Below the pieces are notes generated by a model. The model saw only the letters and a program-made list of their open reading frames with translations. It was not told where the DNA came from and did not search any database. The position numbers and the translations under genes are program-made. A stretch of DNA of 63,886 nt, the filler included, from Lama guanicoe (lineage: Eukaryota): NCBI GenBank assembly GCA_013239625.1. It is 80 parts of 78 records of this genome, joined end to end, with 100 filler letters (N's around TTAATTAATTAA, not from the genome) between each part and the next. Parts side by side here need not be neighbours in the genome. Positions count along the whole stretch, not along the records: positions 37,288 to 38,132 come from MU053269.1; positions 38,233 to 39,031 come from PNXV01000937.1; positions 39,132 to 39,977 come from PNXV01000955.1; positions 40,078 to 40,900 come from PNXV01000956.1; positions 41,001 to 41,502 come from PNXV01000959.1; positions 41,603 to 42,373 come from PNXV01000964.1; positions 42,474 to 42,931 come from PNXV01000970.1; positions 43,032 to 43,873 come from MU053276.1; 72 more parts are not named here. The stretch is one strand, 5' to 3'. Every line of letters begins with the position of its first letter. Position 1 is the stretch's first letter. Positions 37,288-50,326 of the stretch are shown here, piece after piece.

Positions 37288-38132
37288 TCCTTATACTATA
37301 TTCTAGATTCTGTGTTCTACATTCTATATTCTAATTGTATACTCAATATTCCGTATTCTATACTCTAAATTCTTTTTTCTGCATTCCATGTTCTAAATTC
37401 TGAGTTCAATTTTCCTTTTCTATATTCTATAGTGTGTGTTCTACATTCTATATTCGAAATTCTATATTCATTTTTCTGTATCTATATTCTAATTTCTGTG
37501 TTCTGCATTCGATTTTCTAAATTATATATTCAGTAAATTGTATTCTGTATTCTAAATTCTGTGTTCCGCATTCAATGTTCTAAATTCTATATTCGGTATT
37601 CTGTATTCTATATACTAAATTCTGTGTTCTGCATTCCATGTTATAAATTCTGACTTCTTTATTCTGTTTTCCATATTCTATATTCTGATTTCTCCATTCT
37701 ATATTCTGTATTCTTAATTCTGTTTTCGTATTCCATATTCTATATTCTGTTTTCTACTTTCTATATTCTGTTTTCTACATTCTATATTCTGTATTCTAAA
37801 TTCTTAATTCTGTATTCTATATTCTATATTCTGTTTTCTTCATNNNNNNNNNNNNNNNNNNNNNNNNNNNNNNNNNNNNNNNNNNNNNNNNNNNNNNNNN
37901 NNNNNNNTTTAAATTCTGGGTTCTATATTCTCTACTCTATTCTATATTTTGTGTTTTTCATTCTTTATTCTACATTCTATATTCTGCATCCCGTATTCTC
38001 TATTCTGTTTTATGTGTTCTACATTCTGTATTCTAAATTCTATATTCTGTATTCTATATTCTAAATTCTGTGTTCTGCATATAATTTTCTAAATCCTGGG
38101 TTCTATATTCTCTATTCTATATTCTATATTCT
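37288..38132 (+). repeat. Satellite family D
   Basis: NATTCTR heptamer array. Confidence 0.95.
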
Positions 38133-38889
38133 NNNNNNNNNNNNNNNNNNNNNNNNNNNNNNNNNNNNNNNNNNNNTTAATTAATTAANNNNNNNNNNNN
38201 NNNNNNNNNNNNNNNNNNNNNNNNNNNNNNNNACACTGGCTCCAGAAAGTCTGCACTGCTCACTGCTATGCACGCGGCTGCTACAGCAGTGATGGGAGAT
38301 GTGTTCAGATCCCAAGTTCAAAGGCAGGAACCACAGGCAACCCTTCCTTCACTGAAACAAAAGCACTTCCTGAATCACGGACTCAGAGCCCAAAAGACTA
38401 AACTTAGTAGCCCTTCAAAGGCGGCCCATTTATCTCCATCTCACTGTAGCTAAGGGCCAGGCCTGACACCCTGAGAAGCAGAGGAGGCAGCCTGCCGTCG
38501 GGCCTTCTAGCAGGGGCTGCGCTGGGTTTTCCACCCCAGGCACAGAGAAAAGGCCGCAAATACATGGCACGCAGGGCGCGAGCTGATATGGGGCTGCACC
38601 CCCCAGGGTAGGGCTCCTTCGTCTCCCCAGGCAGAGTGCTGATTCTTACCAACTTTTTGAAGTAGCAATGAATGTACATTAATTCAACTTCTGCTAGATT
38701 TGTTTCATCCTTTTCACTCACTTCCTACATTTGGTTTTTGCCAATTTTTTTTATATTCTGCTTTTCTTGATTACCTCATCTGAGTACTTTCATCCACAGT
38801 ATTCATATTTCCTAGAACTGAATTTCTGTTATGGAATTTTAAAGCTCTAGCTTTATCATTAAAAAGATGTCTCAAGATACTACTCACTT

Positions 38890-39012
38890 GGGGGAAGGTA
38901 TAGCTCAGTGGTATAGCAGATGCTTAGCATGCACAAGGGCCTGGGTTCAATCCCCAGTGCCTCCTCTAAAAAATAAATAAAGCTGATTACTTGCCCCTGC
39001 CAAAAAAAAAAA
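38890..39012 (+). mobile_element. tRNA-derived camelid SINE (vic-1-like)
   Basis: gggggaaggtatagctcagtggtatagcagatgcttagcatgcacaagggcctgggttcaatccccagtgcctcc plus A-rich tail; flanks share ctactca (imperfect TSD). Confidence 0.92.
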
Positions 39013-39329
39013 TCTACTCATAATCTAGTGTNNNNNNNNNNNNNNNNNNNNNNNNNNNNNNNNNNNNNNNNNNNNTTAATTAATTAANNNNNNNNNNNNN
39101 NNNNNNNNNNNNNNNNNNNNNNNNNNNNNNNGGAGTAAAAATCATGGATTGTGGCTGGTGGTTGTGATGCTGATTCTCAGGAAAGCATCCCTGCTTTGTG
39201 TTCAGTTTGGACTTTAACCGGATTTTCTGCTGTAGATATTTTACATCTAGTGGGAAAGGTAAATTTGATGATGTGGTTTCTTCAAATTGGGAAAATCTTT
39301 CAGAGTACCGAAAATAATGCGTAACTGTG

Positions 39330-39412
39330 AAAGAGAGACAGAGGAGAGATGGAGAGACATAGGAGAGACAGAGAGAGGGACAGAGAGAGAGGAACAGAGA
39401 GAGAGACAGAGG
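39330..39412. repeat. Degenerate (GA)n/GAGACA microsatellite
   Basis: gagagacagaggagagatggagagac...gagagagacagag. Confidence 0.85.
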
Positions 39413-41000
39413 GATCAAATGTGGGTCTTCATTGGGTTCTGCTGACGGCTGAGCCTGGAGGGATGACCACATGGTGACAAGAGTCAGGAGCAGGCTGGGA
39501 TCCTCTTGAGAGGAGGGGCTGAAGGGGGAGCCCGAGGCTGGTGCTGAAGGGAAAAGGGAGATCCACGAGTTAGAAGAAATACCTCCTGAAACAAACGTGC
39601 AGACTGTGGTGCAGAATCTAGGGACCCCTGTCCTCACCCCACCTGTGCTTGGGGATACGCCAGCTCAAAGCTGCTGCAGAGTCTTAGCCAGATCCCACCA
39701 CTGGTTCCTCAGCAGCCACTCTTCATCTGAAGTGATTGATGCCTTTCTCACATGTCCCAGGGAGGGATGGGCTGAGCATCCTTCATATACATTCAGAACC
39801 AGACTGCTGTCTGGAGCAAGGATCCTTGGGACACTCCTAACCTGGTTCCTGACATCCCACCAAATCCATAGTCCATTTAATCCCTTCATGCATGTCAGCA
39901 GAGCTTTGAAAACTACTGATGCCCAAATCTCACCCCAGAACTTCAGAATCACAGTATCAAGGGGTTGGGTCAAGCCANNNNNNNNNNNNNNNNNNNNNNN
40001 NNNNNNNNNNNNNNNNNNNNNTTAATTAATTAANNNNNNNNNNNNNNNNNNNNNNNNNNNNNNNNNNNNNNNNNNNNACAGAAAGGCTAGTTTTTTTATG
40101 GAAGTATTTTAGGGAATCCCAAAGACGGTTAATGTTTGCTCCCAAGCTCAGTTCTTTACGCTACAATGCTGATAGGGCATTTTATGCCTTGTTATCCATT
40201 TTTTGTGCAGGAGCCAGATGTCCACATGCAGGACATGGCATATGTTGATGTTGAATGTACCTGCGAGGCTGTGCTACAGCTGCTCTGTGCTGTGCCACGG
40301 CTGGGAATCTGGCAGAAGGGCGTCTGAATCAGCCCCTGCTGCCCTCTGCTCTTACGCTTATAGTGAAGAGTATTCAGTAGTGACAAAAGGCATGAGAATT
40401 GAAATACAGCTAATCTGAGACCACATCTTGCCCCCTCCTTTTACAAAACATAAGCAAAGCCTTCAGTATGTTTCCTTAATCTTTCTAAGCCTCAACTTTA
40501 TCACCTACATAATAAGACCGTCTACTTTGTGGCTTTAGTATGCAGACTTAATGTATTTGTATGGCTGCAAATACTTAATTGTAAACTTCCTATTACTGGG
40601 ATCTGAGCTTCCCTTGAGGTCAGGTGCCATGTACTGTTACTTCTCCAGTGAGCAAACTGGGTAAACGTGAACAGCTGTTAGCTTGCCTTACCACTGACTT
40701 CCTCGTACTTGTTCCTTCAAGTAAGGGTATCCGGCTTCACTTCCACAAGCTTTTTCTTTTTCTATTTTAATCATTGTTTCTTAATTCTGAAAGGCTAAAG
40801 CAAAAGTGAGCTGGAATCAGTTACATTCTGGCTACTAGATGATAAGGAGTAACTCTGTTTAGAGGGTAGCATGGGAAAGTGTAATATGCAATAAAATACA
40901 NNNNNNNNNNNNNNNNNNNNNNNNNNNNNNNNNNNNNNNNNNNNTTAATTAATTAANNNNNNNNNNNNNNNNNNNNNNNNNNNNNNNNNNNNNNNNNNNN

Positions 41001-41502
41001 ACTCCATACATATATATGGGAGGTACAAGCTCCAACTCGGTTTAACAGTTAAAATTGCAGGAATTCCAAACCGGCACTGGGAAATAGACTGAGAAACCAG
41101 AGTAAGTGTTTCTCCTGTAACCCGTTCCTTTTGTGCTGGTTGAATGGACGTCTCCCCACATGCTCAGTTCTGAGAGATATGTTTGTGTGAAAGCCGCCTT
41201 AACCTAGCTTGTAGGAAACACAAAGTTTCTTTTCATTTGCAAACTCCACTCCATACATATATAAGGGGAGGTACAAGCTCCAACTCGGTTTTACAGTGAA
41301 AACTGCAGGAAATTCAAACCGGCACTAGGAAACAGTGTTACAAACCAAAGTAAGTGTTTCTCCTGCAAACGGTTCCCCTTGTGCTAGATGAACGAACGTC
41401 TCTCAACAAGCTTATTTCTGAGAGATAAGCGTTTGTGAAAGCGGTCCTTCACGTAGCTTTTTGGGAACACAAATTTCTATTCAGCTACAAACTCCTCTAC
41501 GT
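41001..41502 (+). repeat. Satellite family A
   Basis: actccataca at 41001 and 41248 (period 247). Confidence 0.96.
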
Positions 41503-41602
41503 NNNNNNNNNNNNNNNNNNNNNNNNNNNNNNNNNNNNNNNNNNNNTTAATTAATTAANNNNNNNNNNNNNNNNNNNNNNNNNNNNNNNNNNNNNNNNNN
41601 NN

Positions 41603-41848
41603 TCTCCATTAATGGAGGATGCAATAATTTCCTGGAAGGAATCAAGCCAAATGCCGGGCAGTAGCATCCAGGAGACAGCTGACGGGGTAAACTGCAATGT
41701 CGAGTTTTGCATTGCCCAGTTATTGTCCATTTTGGAGCAGAAAATAGGTATTCTGACCGGGATTCAAAAGCAACTAAAATTATTACAAGCTAATCTTCAA
41801 AAGAAGAGTAAGTATAGTGAAGCCAATGGCAGATCAGATCTGAAATGA
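41603..41848 (+). CDS. KIF2B: Kinesin-13 KIF2B, C-terminal coding end (5'-partial)
   Basis: Open frame [70 protein letters not shown]...* matches the recalled KIF2B tail (..[51 protein letters not shown]). KIF2B is intronless. Confidence 0.85.
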   Translation, partial: [81 protein letters not shown]

Positions 41849-42011
41849 TGGATGCAGTGATGCAATTCCCACCTCTCTTATAAAGGAAAATTGTCTGAAT
41901 TGTCTAGATGGAAAGGTCCTCCTGGAAAGCTTAAAACCTTTTAAAATATACTTGTCAAAAATGTCCTCTTTCTTCCTCCATGTTTCTGTGGTTTGTTTTT
42001 ATTCTGTAGGA

Positions 42012-42234
42012 CAGTGGTTTTCAACTTGTAACCATTTTGCTTCCGGGGCATTTGGTAATGACTGGAAACATTTTCGTTTCTCAAAGCTGGGTGCAAGGGG
42101 AGTGGTGATTCTGGTTTATAGTGGGTAGAGGGCCGGAGAATGCTGCTGCTAAGAGTCCTACAGTACACAAGACAGCTTCCCACAACAAATAATCATCTGA
42201 TTGAAAATGTCAATAGCATAGTTGAGAAACCCTG
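42012..42234 (+). mobile_element. MER20 (hAT-Charlie) non-autonomous DNA transposon
   Basis: TIRs cagtggttttcaac / gttgagaaaccctg with an 8-bp TSD CTGTAGGA (42004-42011) / CTGTAGAA (42235-42242). Confidence 0.9.
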
Positions 42235-43031
42235 CTGTAGAAGAACCTAGCTGTGATGAAACCCTTTCCCTAAATGTGTGGCTAGAAAGAAAAAGCAATG
42301 AAGATTAAAATGACCAGAGTTGGAACACATCAAGGGGTGCACAGCTGAGTAAATCTAATGGTAGCCACTCATTNNNNNNNNNNNNNNNNNNNNNNNNNNN
42401 NNNNNNNNNNNNNNNNNTTAATTAATTAANNNNNNNNNNNNNNNNNNNNNNNNNNNNNNNNNNNNNNNNNNNNTGCTAGAGTTAACCCTGGCCCATTTGC
42501 CCATTCTCCAGATAATCAAAGGCTTTTTCACAAATGGTGACACATTTTCAGGACTCAGTGTTGTCATTCCAGTCTTATCAGCTGACACTGGCTGCATGAT
42601 TGTGAGCAGAAGCCTTAGGCTCCATGAACTTGCCTACAATTTTCCAGCATTACATGGTATTTCACATTCTGAAAATGCTCCACATTTTATTTTAAATTAA
42701 TGGGATATAAACAAATTTTATATTTCCTAATATCTGTATAAATTTGGCATTCTTGCAGTTGGACAAATTTTTAAATCTACCACCCTCACCTCTTTTTAGT
42801 CCACACATTTAAGATTGCAATTTGGTTACTGAATGTGACCACCACAACCAAGCGTCTAGTACCACATAGATACTTACTGTGCGAAGGTTTGAAATGGCAC
42901 AATTTATGTGGGGTGTATATTCCTGCATTAANNNNNNNNNNNNNNNNNNNNNNNNNNNNNNNNNNNNNNNNNNNNTTAATTAATTAANNNNNNNNNNNNN
43001 NNNNNNNNNNNNNNNNNNNNNNNNNNNNNNN

Positions 43032-44478
43032 CTAAATTCCATATTCTGTGTTCTATATTGTATTTTCTAAATTCAATATTTATTATTCTGTGTTTTATAT
43101 TCCAAATTCTGTGTTCTAATTTCCATGTTATAAATTCTGGGTTCTATATTCTCTATTCTTTATTCTACATTTTGTGTTCATCATTCTATATTCTATATAC
43201 TATATTCTGCATTCCGTAGTCAATATTCTATATTCTGTGTTCTATATTCTATATTTTAAATTGTATAACCAGTATTCTGTATTCTATATACTATATTCTG
43301 TGTTCTGCATTCCATGTTCTAAATTCTGGGTTCTATATTCTCTTTTCTATATTTTTTGCTCATTATTCTATATTCTATATACTCTATTCTGCATTCCATT
43401 GTCTATATACTATATTCTGTGTTCTTCATTCTATATTCTAAACTCTATCTTCAGTATTCTGTATTTTATATTCTAAATTCTGTGTTCTGCATGTTATGTT
43501 CTAAATTTTTGGTTCCATATACTCTATTCAATATTCTATATTCTGTGTTGTACATTCTATATTCTGTATTCTATATTCTGCATTCCGTATTCTATATTCT
43601 ATATTCTGTGTTCTACATTCTATATTCTAAATTCTATATTCAGTATTCCGTATTCTATATTCAANNNNNNNNNNNNNNNNNNNNNNNNNNNNNNNNNNNN
43701 NNNNNNNNNNNNNNNNNNNNNNNNNNNNNNNNNNNNNNNNNNNNNNTGTTCTAAGTCCTCGGTTCTATACTCTCTTTTCTCATTTCTATATTCTGTTTCT
43801 ACTTTCTATATTCTGAATTCTATTTTCAGTATTCTTTATTTTATATTCTAAATTCTGTGTTCTGCATTCCATGNNNNNNNNNNNNNNNNNNNNNNNNNNN
43901 NNNNNNNNNNNNNNNNNTTAATTAATTAANNNNNNNNNNNNNNNNNNNNNNNNNNNNNNNNNNNNNNNNNNNNTTTTCTAAATTCTGGTTTCTGAATTCT
44001 GTTTTCCATATTCTATATTCTGATTTCTAAATTCTTTATTCTGTATTCTATATTCTGCCTTCCTTACTGTATATTCTATATTCTGTGTTCTACATTCTAT
44101 ATTCGAAATTCTATATTCAGTATTGTATATTCTTTATACTAAATTCTATATTCAGTGTTATGCCTTGTATATTCTAAATTCTGTGTTTTGCATTCCATGT
44201 TCTAAATTCTGGCTTCTATATTCTCTATTCTATATACTATATTCTATGTGGTATTCATTCAATATTCTACATTAAATATACTGCATTCAAAATTCTATAT
44301 TTTAAATTCTGTGTTATACAATCTATATTCAAATTCTATATTCAGTATTCTGTATTCCATAGTCTGAATTCTGTGTTGCTCATTGTATGTTTTAAATTCT
44401 ATATTCAGTATTCTGTATTATATATTCTCAATTCAGTGTTCTGGATTCCATTTTCTAAATTCTGGTTTCTATATTCTT
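43032..44478 (+). repeat. Satellite family D (two scaffolds: 43032-43873 and 43974-44478)
   Basis: NATTCTR heptamer arrays. Confidence 0.95.
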
Positions 44479-44578
44479 NNNNNNNNNNNNNNNNNNNNNN
44501 NNNNNNNNNNNNNNNNNNNNNNTTAATTAATTAANNNNNNNNNNNNNNNNNNNNNNNNNNNNNNNNNNNNNNNNNNNN

Positions 44579-44823
44579 GTATAATTCTTTCACCTCCTTG
44601 GTTAGATTTATTCCCATATATTTTATTCCTTTGGGTGCTATTTTAAAGGGGATTGTTTCTTTAATTTCTTTTTCTCTTGATTTATCATTAGTGTAAAGAA
44701 ATGCAACTGATTTTTGAACGTTAATTTTGTAACCTGCTACCTTGCTGAATTCTTCGATCAGCTCTAGTAGCTTTTGTGTGGACCTTTTAGGGTTTTCTAT
44801 ATATAGAAACATGTCATCAGCAT
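44579..44823 (-). mobile_element. Young LINE-1 RT fragment, 5'-truncated at the ADD motif
   Basis: (H)[59 protein letters not shown] is an open frame close to the 30015-30456 copy. Confidence 0.96.
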
Positions 44824-44829
44824 GGAAGG

Positions 44830-45562
44830 TCTTGTGTTTTTTGTGTTTGTTGCTGTTTTATCCATTCTGCCCATCTCTGCCTCTTATTTGGATAGTTTTT
44901 AATAGACCAATGTATATAATGTAATTATGATCTCTTTGGATTTCAAGCTCCCCTTGGTGTTACTAGTTTCCTATTTGTCCTGTTTTCTTTGTGTCCTTTC
45001 CCTCTTGCCTGCCTTCTTTTAAGTTAAGTTGTTACTGTTGTTTAAATAAATCCCTATTGTCTTCACTCTTGGCTTATTAGCTCTGACTCTGTTAGGTTAT
45101 ATTGGTTGCTCTAGACTTGGCACATCATTTACCGATAATAGTCAATCTTCATATAATATACTAGTTTACATAGAGTGTACAATTCTTGAAAAAATAACCT
45201 GCAATTTCTCCCTTCCTATTTAATCCTCCTTTACTTCTTCATACGTTATAATCCCCCATGATACATTATTGTTAGTGTGGTTTAAATAATCATTATCTTT
45301 TAAAAATAGTAAAAGTGTGAAACAAACTTTATATTTACCCAAGTATTGATACTTGCTGGCTTGTAATTCCTATGTTTAAATTCAAAAGTCCATCTAGATG
45401 GTGTCATTTTCTTTTTGCTTGATGAATTTTCTATTAACATTTCTTACAGTGCAGCTCTGTTTCCAGTGACTCCTATAAGCTTTTGTTTGTCTGTTACTAA
45501 GTTATCTTTGTTTTTACTTAGTTTAGAGTTCAATGATAATGTTCCCCTCCCTTGTTAAGGAT
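44830..45562 (-). mobile_element. Old L1M-type remnant
   Basis: T-rich antisense L1-like motifs (tatccattctgcc..ctcttatttggat..taacatttcttacagtgcagctctg). Confidence 0.6.
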
Positions 45563-47489
45563 NNNNNNNNNNNNNNNNNNNNNNNNNNNNNNNNNNNNNN
45601 NNNNNNTTAATTAATTAANNNNNNNNNNNNNNNNNNNNNNNNNNNNNNNNNNNNNNNNNNNNGGAAAATAAAGAGACTTGGGACACACAGTGTGATGACT
45701 GGCTGAGACGCCCCATCAGGGCTGTGTTTTCCTCCAACCCTGCTTAGCTGCGCAGGGGCAGGTGGAGGTAAGTGAACAGCTGACATTCACTAGGGTTTTA
45801 TCTTTGCCAAATGAGTTTAAAAGTCCCAGGACACATGGGATACGTTTAACTTGTCTGAAACAACTAAAGTTAAAGGAATTTTAAATCTCTTCAGTATCAT
45901 ACCAGGAGACAAAAAGTGTCTTATTCCTAAGGGCTAATTTACCCAGGGGTTTTTAAGGCTCTTGCATACCTGGCAAGAATTCAGCAGCATATACTAGTCA
46001 TAAGTTGAGCTTTAAAAGTTCTTGTATCGGCCAACTAGTTGAAAGTTATTTACAAGAGGGAAAAAAACCTATCCTGAAATAGTACATTTTACTATGACAA
46101 ATAATTCAATATTCTATTGTTGGTTTTTTTTTTTTTTGTGGTCATATCTGGGTCAAAGGATCCCAGGTGACTTTAATTTTATCTGTATAATTTTCTACAT
46201 AATTTTTTGGGAAAAAAGCAGGAGTTAAAAAATTTTGTAAACAGTAGTGTTTCCATGTGTGAAAACAACCCCAACATAAAAGAAAACCCTAAACATTAAT
46301 ACTCTAAATATGCCTGAATGGCTTATTTGCTTTGAACATTCCATGTGGGTCTAGGAAAAACACTTTCACACTCTCTGACCCTACAACCCTCCTGCAGAAA
46401 CCAGTGCTGCAATGAAGCATCTCCTGAGTAAGGAAAGCCTGTAAAAGAAACAAAGTACNNNNNNNNNNNNNNNNNNNNNNNNNNNNNNNNNNNNNNNNNN
46501 NNTTAATTAATTAANNNNNNNNNNNNNNNNNNNNNNNNNNNNNNNNNNNNNNNNNNNNCAAGCAGGGCCTTGTCAGACTTCAAGGGCATGTTTTCTCTCC
46601 TAATTCCTGTACCTCCCTGTTGTGCCTGGAATGGTGAAGTGGGTCAGTTTTGGAGACTTTCAGAAAAAGTGCGATTTAGGTGCCTCAGGACTGTTTCACA
46701 AAGCTCAGTGTTCTTTGATGGTTCGGAAGCACCCCAGTGCTTTACGCCCCACAGGGGTAAGGTCTTACTCCTTTGACGATGACGTGGTTGCAAATGACGT
46801 ACAGGTGCAAAACCAGACTTAGCAGCTTCTGAAGGGAAACTCTCCAGTTCTCCCTTGATCGGCTTTCTTCCGCGGGATGTAACTGTGCTGCAGTGTAGGC
46901 CTGAGCATTCCGTATGGAGTGAGGGTTTGATATCCAAAGTTAGCATAACATGGTCAGATGAAGAAAATCGAAGTTGACAATTTATTTTTGGGTTTCATTA
47001 GTCAAGATATACTATCAGTTAATGGCCCATATAGCAAATGAAATTGAGTACAGGACATTGCATTTCTTACTTTCTATTTAGAGTTCTCTTACAGAATAAN
47101 NNNNNNNNNNNNNNNNNNNNNNNNNNNNNNNNNNNNNNNNNNNNNNNNNNNNNNNNNNNNNNNNNNNNNNNNNNNNNNNNNNNNNNNNNNNNNNNNNNNN
47201 NNNNNNNNNAACGGTCTGTAGCCATCTCTTAGTCATGCAAATACTTCTAAAATTATATGATGCCNNNNNNNNNNNNNNNNNNNNNNNNNNNNNNNNNNNN
47301 NNNNNNNNTTAATTAATTAANNNNNNNNNNNNNNNNNNNNNNNNNNNNNNNNNNNNNNNNNNNNAATCATAATGTATAATCCTCCTAAAGTTTTGTTTTA
47401 TTTGCTAACAATTAATGGTGATATTTGCATTTATGCTTAACAGTATTATTTCACCTGTTATTTTTTTTCCTGTTTTAGTAGTAGTGTGA

Positions 47490-47919
47490 AACAGAAATGT
47501 GGGTTAGGGAGCCTTCCTTCCTCTGCAAATGTTTGGAATTCTCTGAGAAATATAGGTGATAGCTCTTCTCTTAATGTTTGACTGAATTCACCTGTGAAGC
47601 TATCTAGGCCTGAAATTTTGTTTCATTTGTTGTATTATGATGCTTTGTGTTACTTTGATATAAGCTGTAACTTCTCATTTATTATAGAGCTTATTATTCT
47701 GTACTCTCTATTATGCTCATGAGTCTGGTTAAATATTATCAATTATATTATANNNNNNNNNNNNNNNNNNNNNNNNNNNNNNNNNNNNNNNNNNNNTTAA
47801 TTAATTAANNNNNNNNNNNNNNNNNNNNNNNNNNNNNNNNNNNNNNNNNNNNTGTGGGTACTATCCTCCTTGACTTTAGAACATACTGCAAAGCTACAGT
47901 GATCAAAACATCAAAATAT
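47490..47919. mobile_element. Small LINE-1 fragments (47490-47625 minus; 47853-47919 plus)
   Basis: gaattcacctgtgaagctatctaggcctg (antisense ORF2) and gactttagaacatactgcaaagctacagtgatcaaaaca (sense ORF2). Confidence 0.75.
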
Positions 47920-48589
47920 NNNNNNNNNNNNNNNNNNNNNNNNNNNNNNNNNNNNNNNNNNNNTTAATTAATTAANNNNNNNNNNNNNNNNNNNNNNNNN
48001 NNNNNNNNNNNNNNNNNNNAGAAGAAGAAGAGGCAAAACCACAAACATAAAGAATCCTGGGCATTCCTGAACATCTATCATGCTGTCAAAATTGTATGAA
48101 TTTTGCCTAATGGATGCTTAAGACTTGGTGTTCACAGGAACAGCTTCCAGGATGTGAAGAAAATATTCTTTGTCTTAAGAGGAGGGATCCCATTAAATGT
48201 TTGTAGACATTCAGTTGTGCTTCTGTGGGCAAACATCCTGTGATCCTCACATCTACCCAGGTGTGAATCTCAAAGCCTGCAGGTAAAATAAGGAATAAGT
48301 TGTTAAATGTCAACTCTCTTAGATGAACCACTTTAACATTCTTCTCTTCAAAGACAGTCTTAGATTTTTCTTACTTGCCAATCCTATTTTTTGAAATGGC
48401 ACTTCGATTCGATGNNNNNNNNNNNNNNNNNNNNNNNNNNNNNNNNNNNNNNNNNNNNTTAATTAATTAANNNNNNNNNNNNNNNNNNNNNNNNNNNNNN
48501 NNNNNNNNNNNNNNTTGTATTTACTTGCAGTAATAATAACAATAACCAGAAGACTTGTAATGCTGAGCAGTTCATTTTTCACCCCTGAT

Positions 48590-48780
48590 CATTATAAGTA
48601 TGATGTAAAATCAGTAGGGCAAGATTTTTGCCCAATTTACAGCTGAGGAAACTGAAGCCCAAAGTAGTGAAATGACTGACCCCAAGTCACAGGCGAGGTC
48701 AGTACTGACATTTGATCAGCACTGGTAATATTTGTTAGATTGAAGGGCATCCAGGCATCCTGACTCCCTACAGAGTGTTC
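48590..48780. mobile_element. MIR SINE remnant
   Basis: cccaatttacagctgaggaaactgaagccc..gtgaaatgactgaccccaagtcaca is the MIR core. Confidence 0.7.
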
Positions 48781-50326
48781 TTTCTATTTCTCTATGCAGA
48801 ATACAAGCAAAACCTCAATTCTGTAGTATTTTCAGATTTCATGCTTATTTAGTGTCATTAGAATGATTTATACCACTTCTTTGCAGATGGGAATTGAACA
48901 GCACTNNNNNNNNNNNNNNNNNNNNNNNNNNNNNNNNNNNNNNNNNNNNTTAATTAATTAANNNNNNNNNNNNNNNNNNNNNNNNNNNNNNNNNNNNNNN
49001 NNNNNCAGTTTGTGGCGGCAGCCTCATCCTACAACAGGAATTTGTAGTATCCGCTCTTTGAGGTTAAGACCTGACAGACTTGATAATTTAACAGTCTATC
49101 TTGAATTGATATCTCAGATTCCTTTGTCAAAAGCAAAACAGCAGAAATACAGACGTCCTTTAATGTCAATGTGTACTGGAATGGGTTTAGTCTCTGTGCC
49201 TCAGTGGCCTTATCTGCTGGTGGGGAAGATGATAACATCAGAGGGGCTGGTGAGGGGAGAGTGAGAAACACAAATGGAGGACATACACGAGATGCTCATG
49301 AATGACAAAATTTAGTGCTGTCAGCCTGGTGAGGCCTCAGGGGCAGAGATGTCAGAACAGAGCAGTACTATCCGGAGCTCATTCCGTGTTGGCAGCTGTT
49401 ATGATCAGTATAACCACTGTGGATTATCAGGTAGTTATAAGAATTGGTAATATGAATTCATNNNNNNNNNNNNNNNNNNNNNNNNNNNNNNNNNNNNNNN
49501 NNNNNTTAATTAATTAANNNNNNNNNNNNNNNNNNNNNNNNNNNNNNNNNNNNNNNNNNNNGGGATTTGGTTTCATTACATAGCTTCCTGAGGGTCTTTG
49601 CCTGGCACTTCAAGTGGGAGCATTCCCTGTCCCACAGACTTGTGCTCTGGGCCCGTGCAGACCTGACGTGGCCTCAGCCTGAGGCTCAGGGCCCGTGGTG
49701 ATGAGGAGCATTTTAGTCCATGGTCTGCCAGAGGCTCTGACACTTCTGGTCTGTGGGACTTTGTCAAGGATGATAAAAATTCCTCCCCGAGTTTCAGATT
49801 TCCTTGTCTGTGAGCCGGGGTAGTAATAGTTTCTGAGATGATTGTAATGATTCAGTAACGGGCGCAGCGTGTGCTGGCAGGTAGCTGGTGCTTAAGGAGA
49901 AGAAGTCGCAGTCACACTGTCAGCCTCTCACTGTGCGCTCTGTGCTTTGAGAGATTGTGTGTTTGGTGAAAGTCCCGCCCAAACCCTAGGGNNNNNNNNN
50001 NNNNNNNNNNNNNNNNNNNNNNNNNNNNNNNNNNNNNNNNNGTGTCCCATGTTTAGGTAGCAGATTCCTCTATTTCAGGGAATAGGGGCATTTCTAGTAA
50101 AAGGACAGGCGGAACGCGGAGAGGTGGGGCCCAGAGGGGGTCTGGAGCGTCTGCACAGCACTGCTTCCCTGCGTTTCTGCATCCTGTCCCGTCAGTGCAC
50201 GAAGTCAGCCTTCCTCTTCCTTCCTGTGTCATCGGGTCTCTGTTTTAAGGGAAAACCTTTTTTACGGGTCTTTTTTCACTGACATGTTTCGTTCAGATGC
50301 TTGTTGCTTTTCTCCCTGTGCTTCAG

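Noticed and set aside
38650..38724. 75-nt minus-strand exon candidate (EVSEKDETNLAEVELMYIHCYFKKL|gtaaga)
   Set aside because: Good donor, but the acceptor lacks a pyrimidine tract and the peptide is unrecognised.
38890..38965. tRNA-Ala gene (also 17910-17985)
   Set aside because: The tRNA-like head continues into a SINE body and A-tail with TSDs; a SINE, not a tRNA gene.
41808..41813. GTAAGT splice donor in the KIF2B frame
   Set aside because: KIF2B is intronless and homology (KSK) continues through the site.
43174..43754. Hydrophobic YSVFYIL-repeat ORFs resembling membrane proteins (also 24974-25332, 26850-27302, 52788-53449, 60790-61128)
   Set aside because: Translation of the 7-nt satellite (3 heptamers = 7 aa); no gene features.
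46644..46946. 100-aa minus-strand ORF without Ns
   Set aside because: No recognisable homology or convincing splice signals; this length is attainable by chance. A BLASTP search would settle it.
48107..48277. Possible terminal exon on the minus strand after ttccttattttacctgcAG
   Set aside because: Only an acceptor-like site; peptide unrecognised and evidence insufficient.
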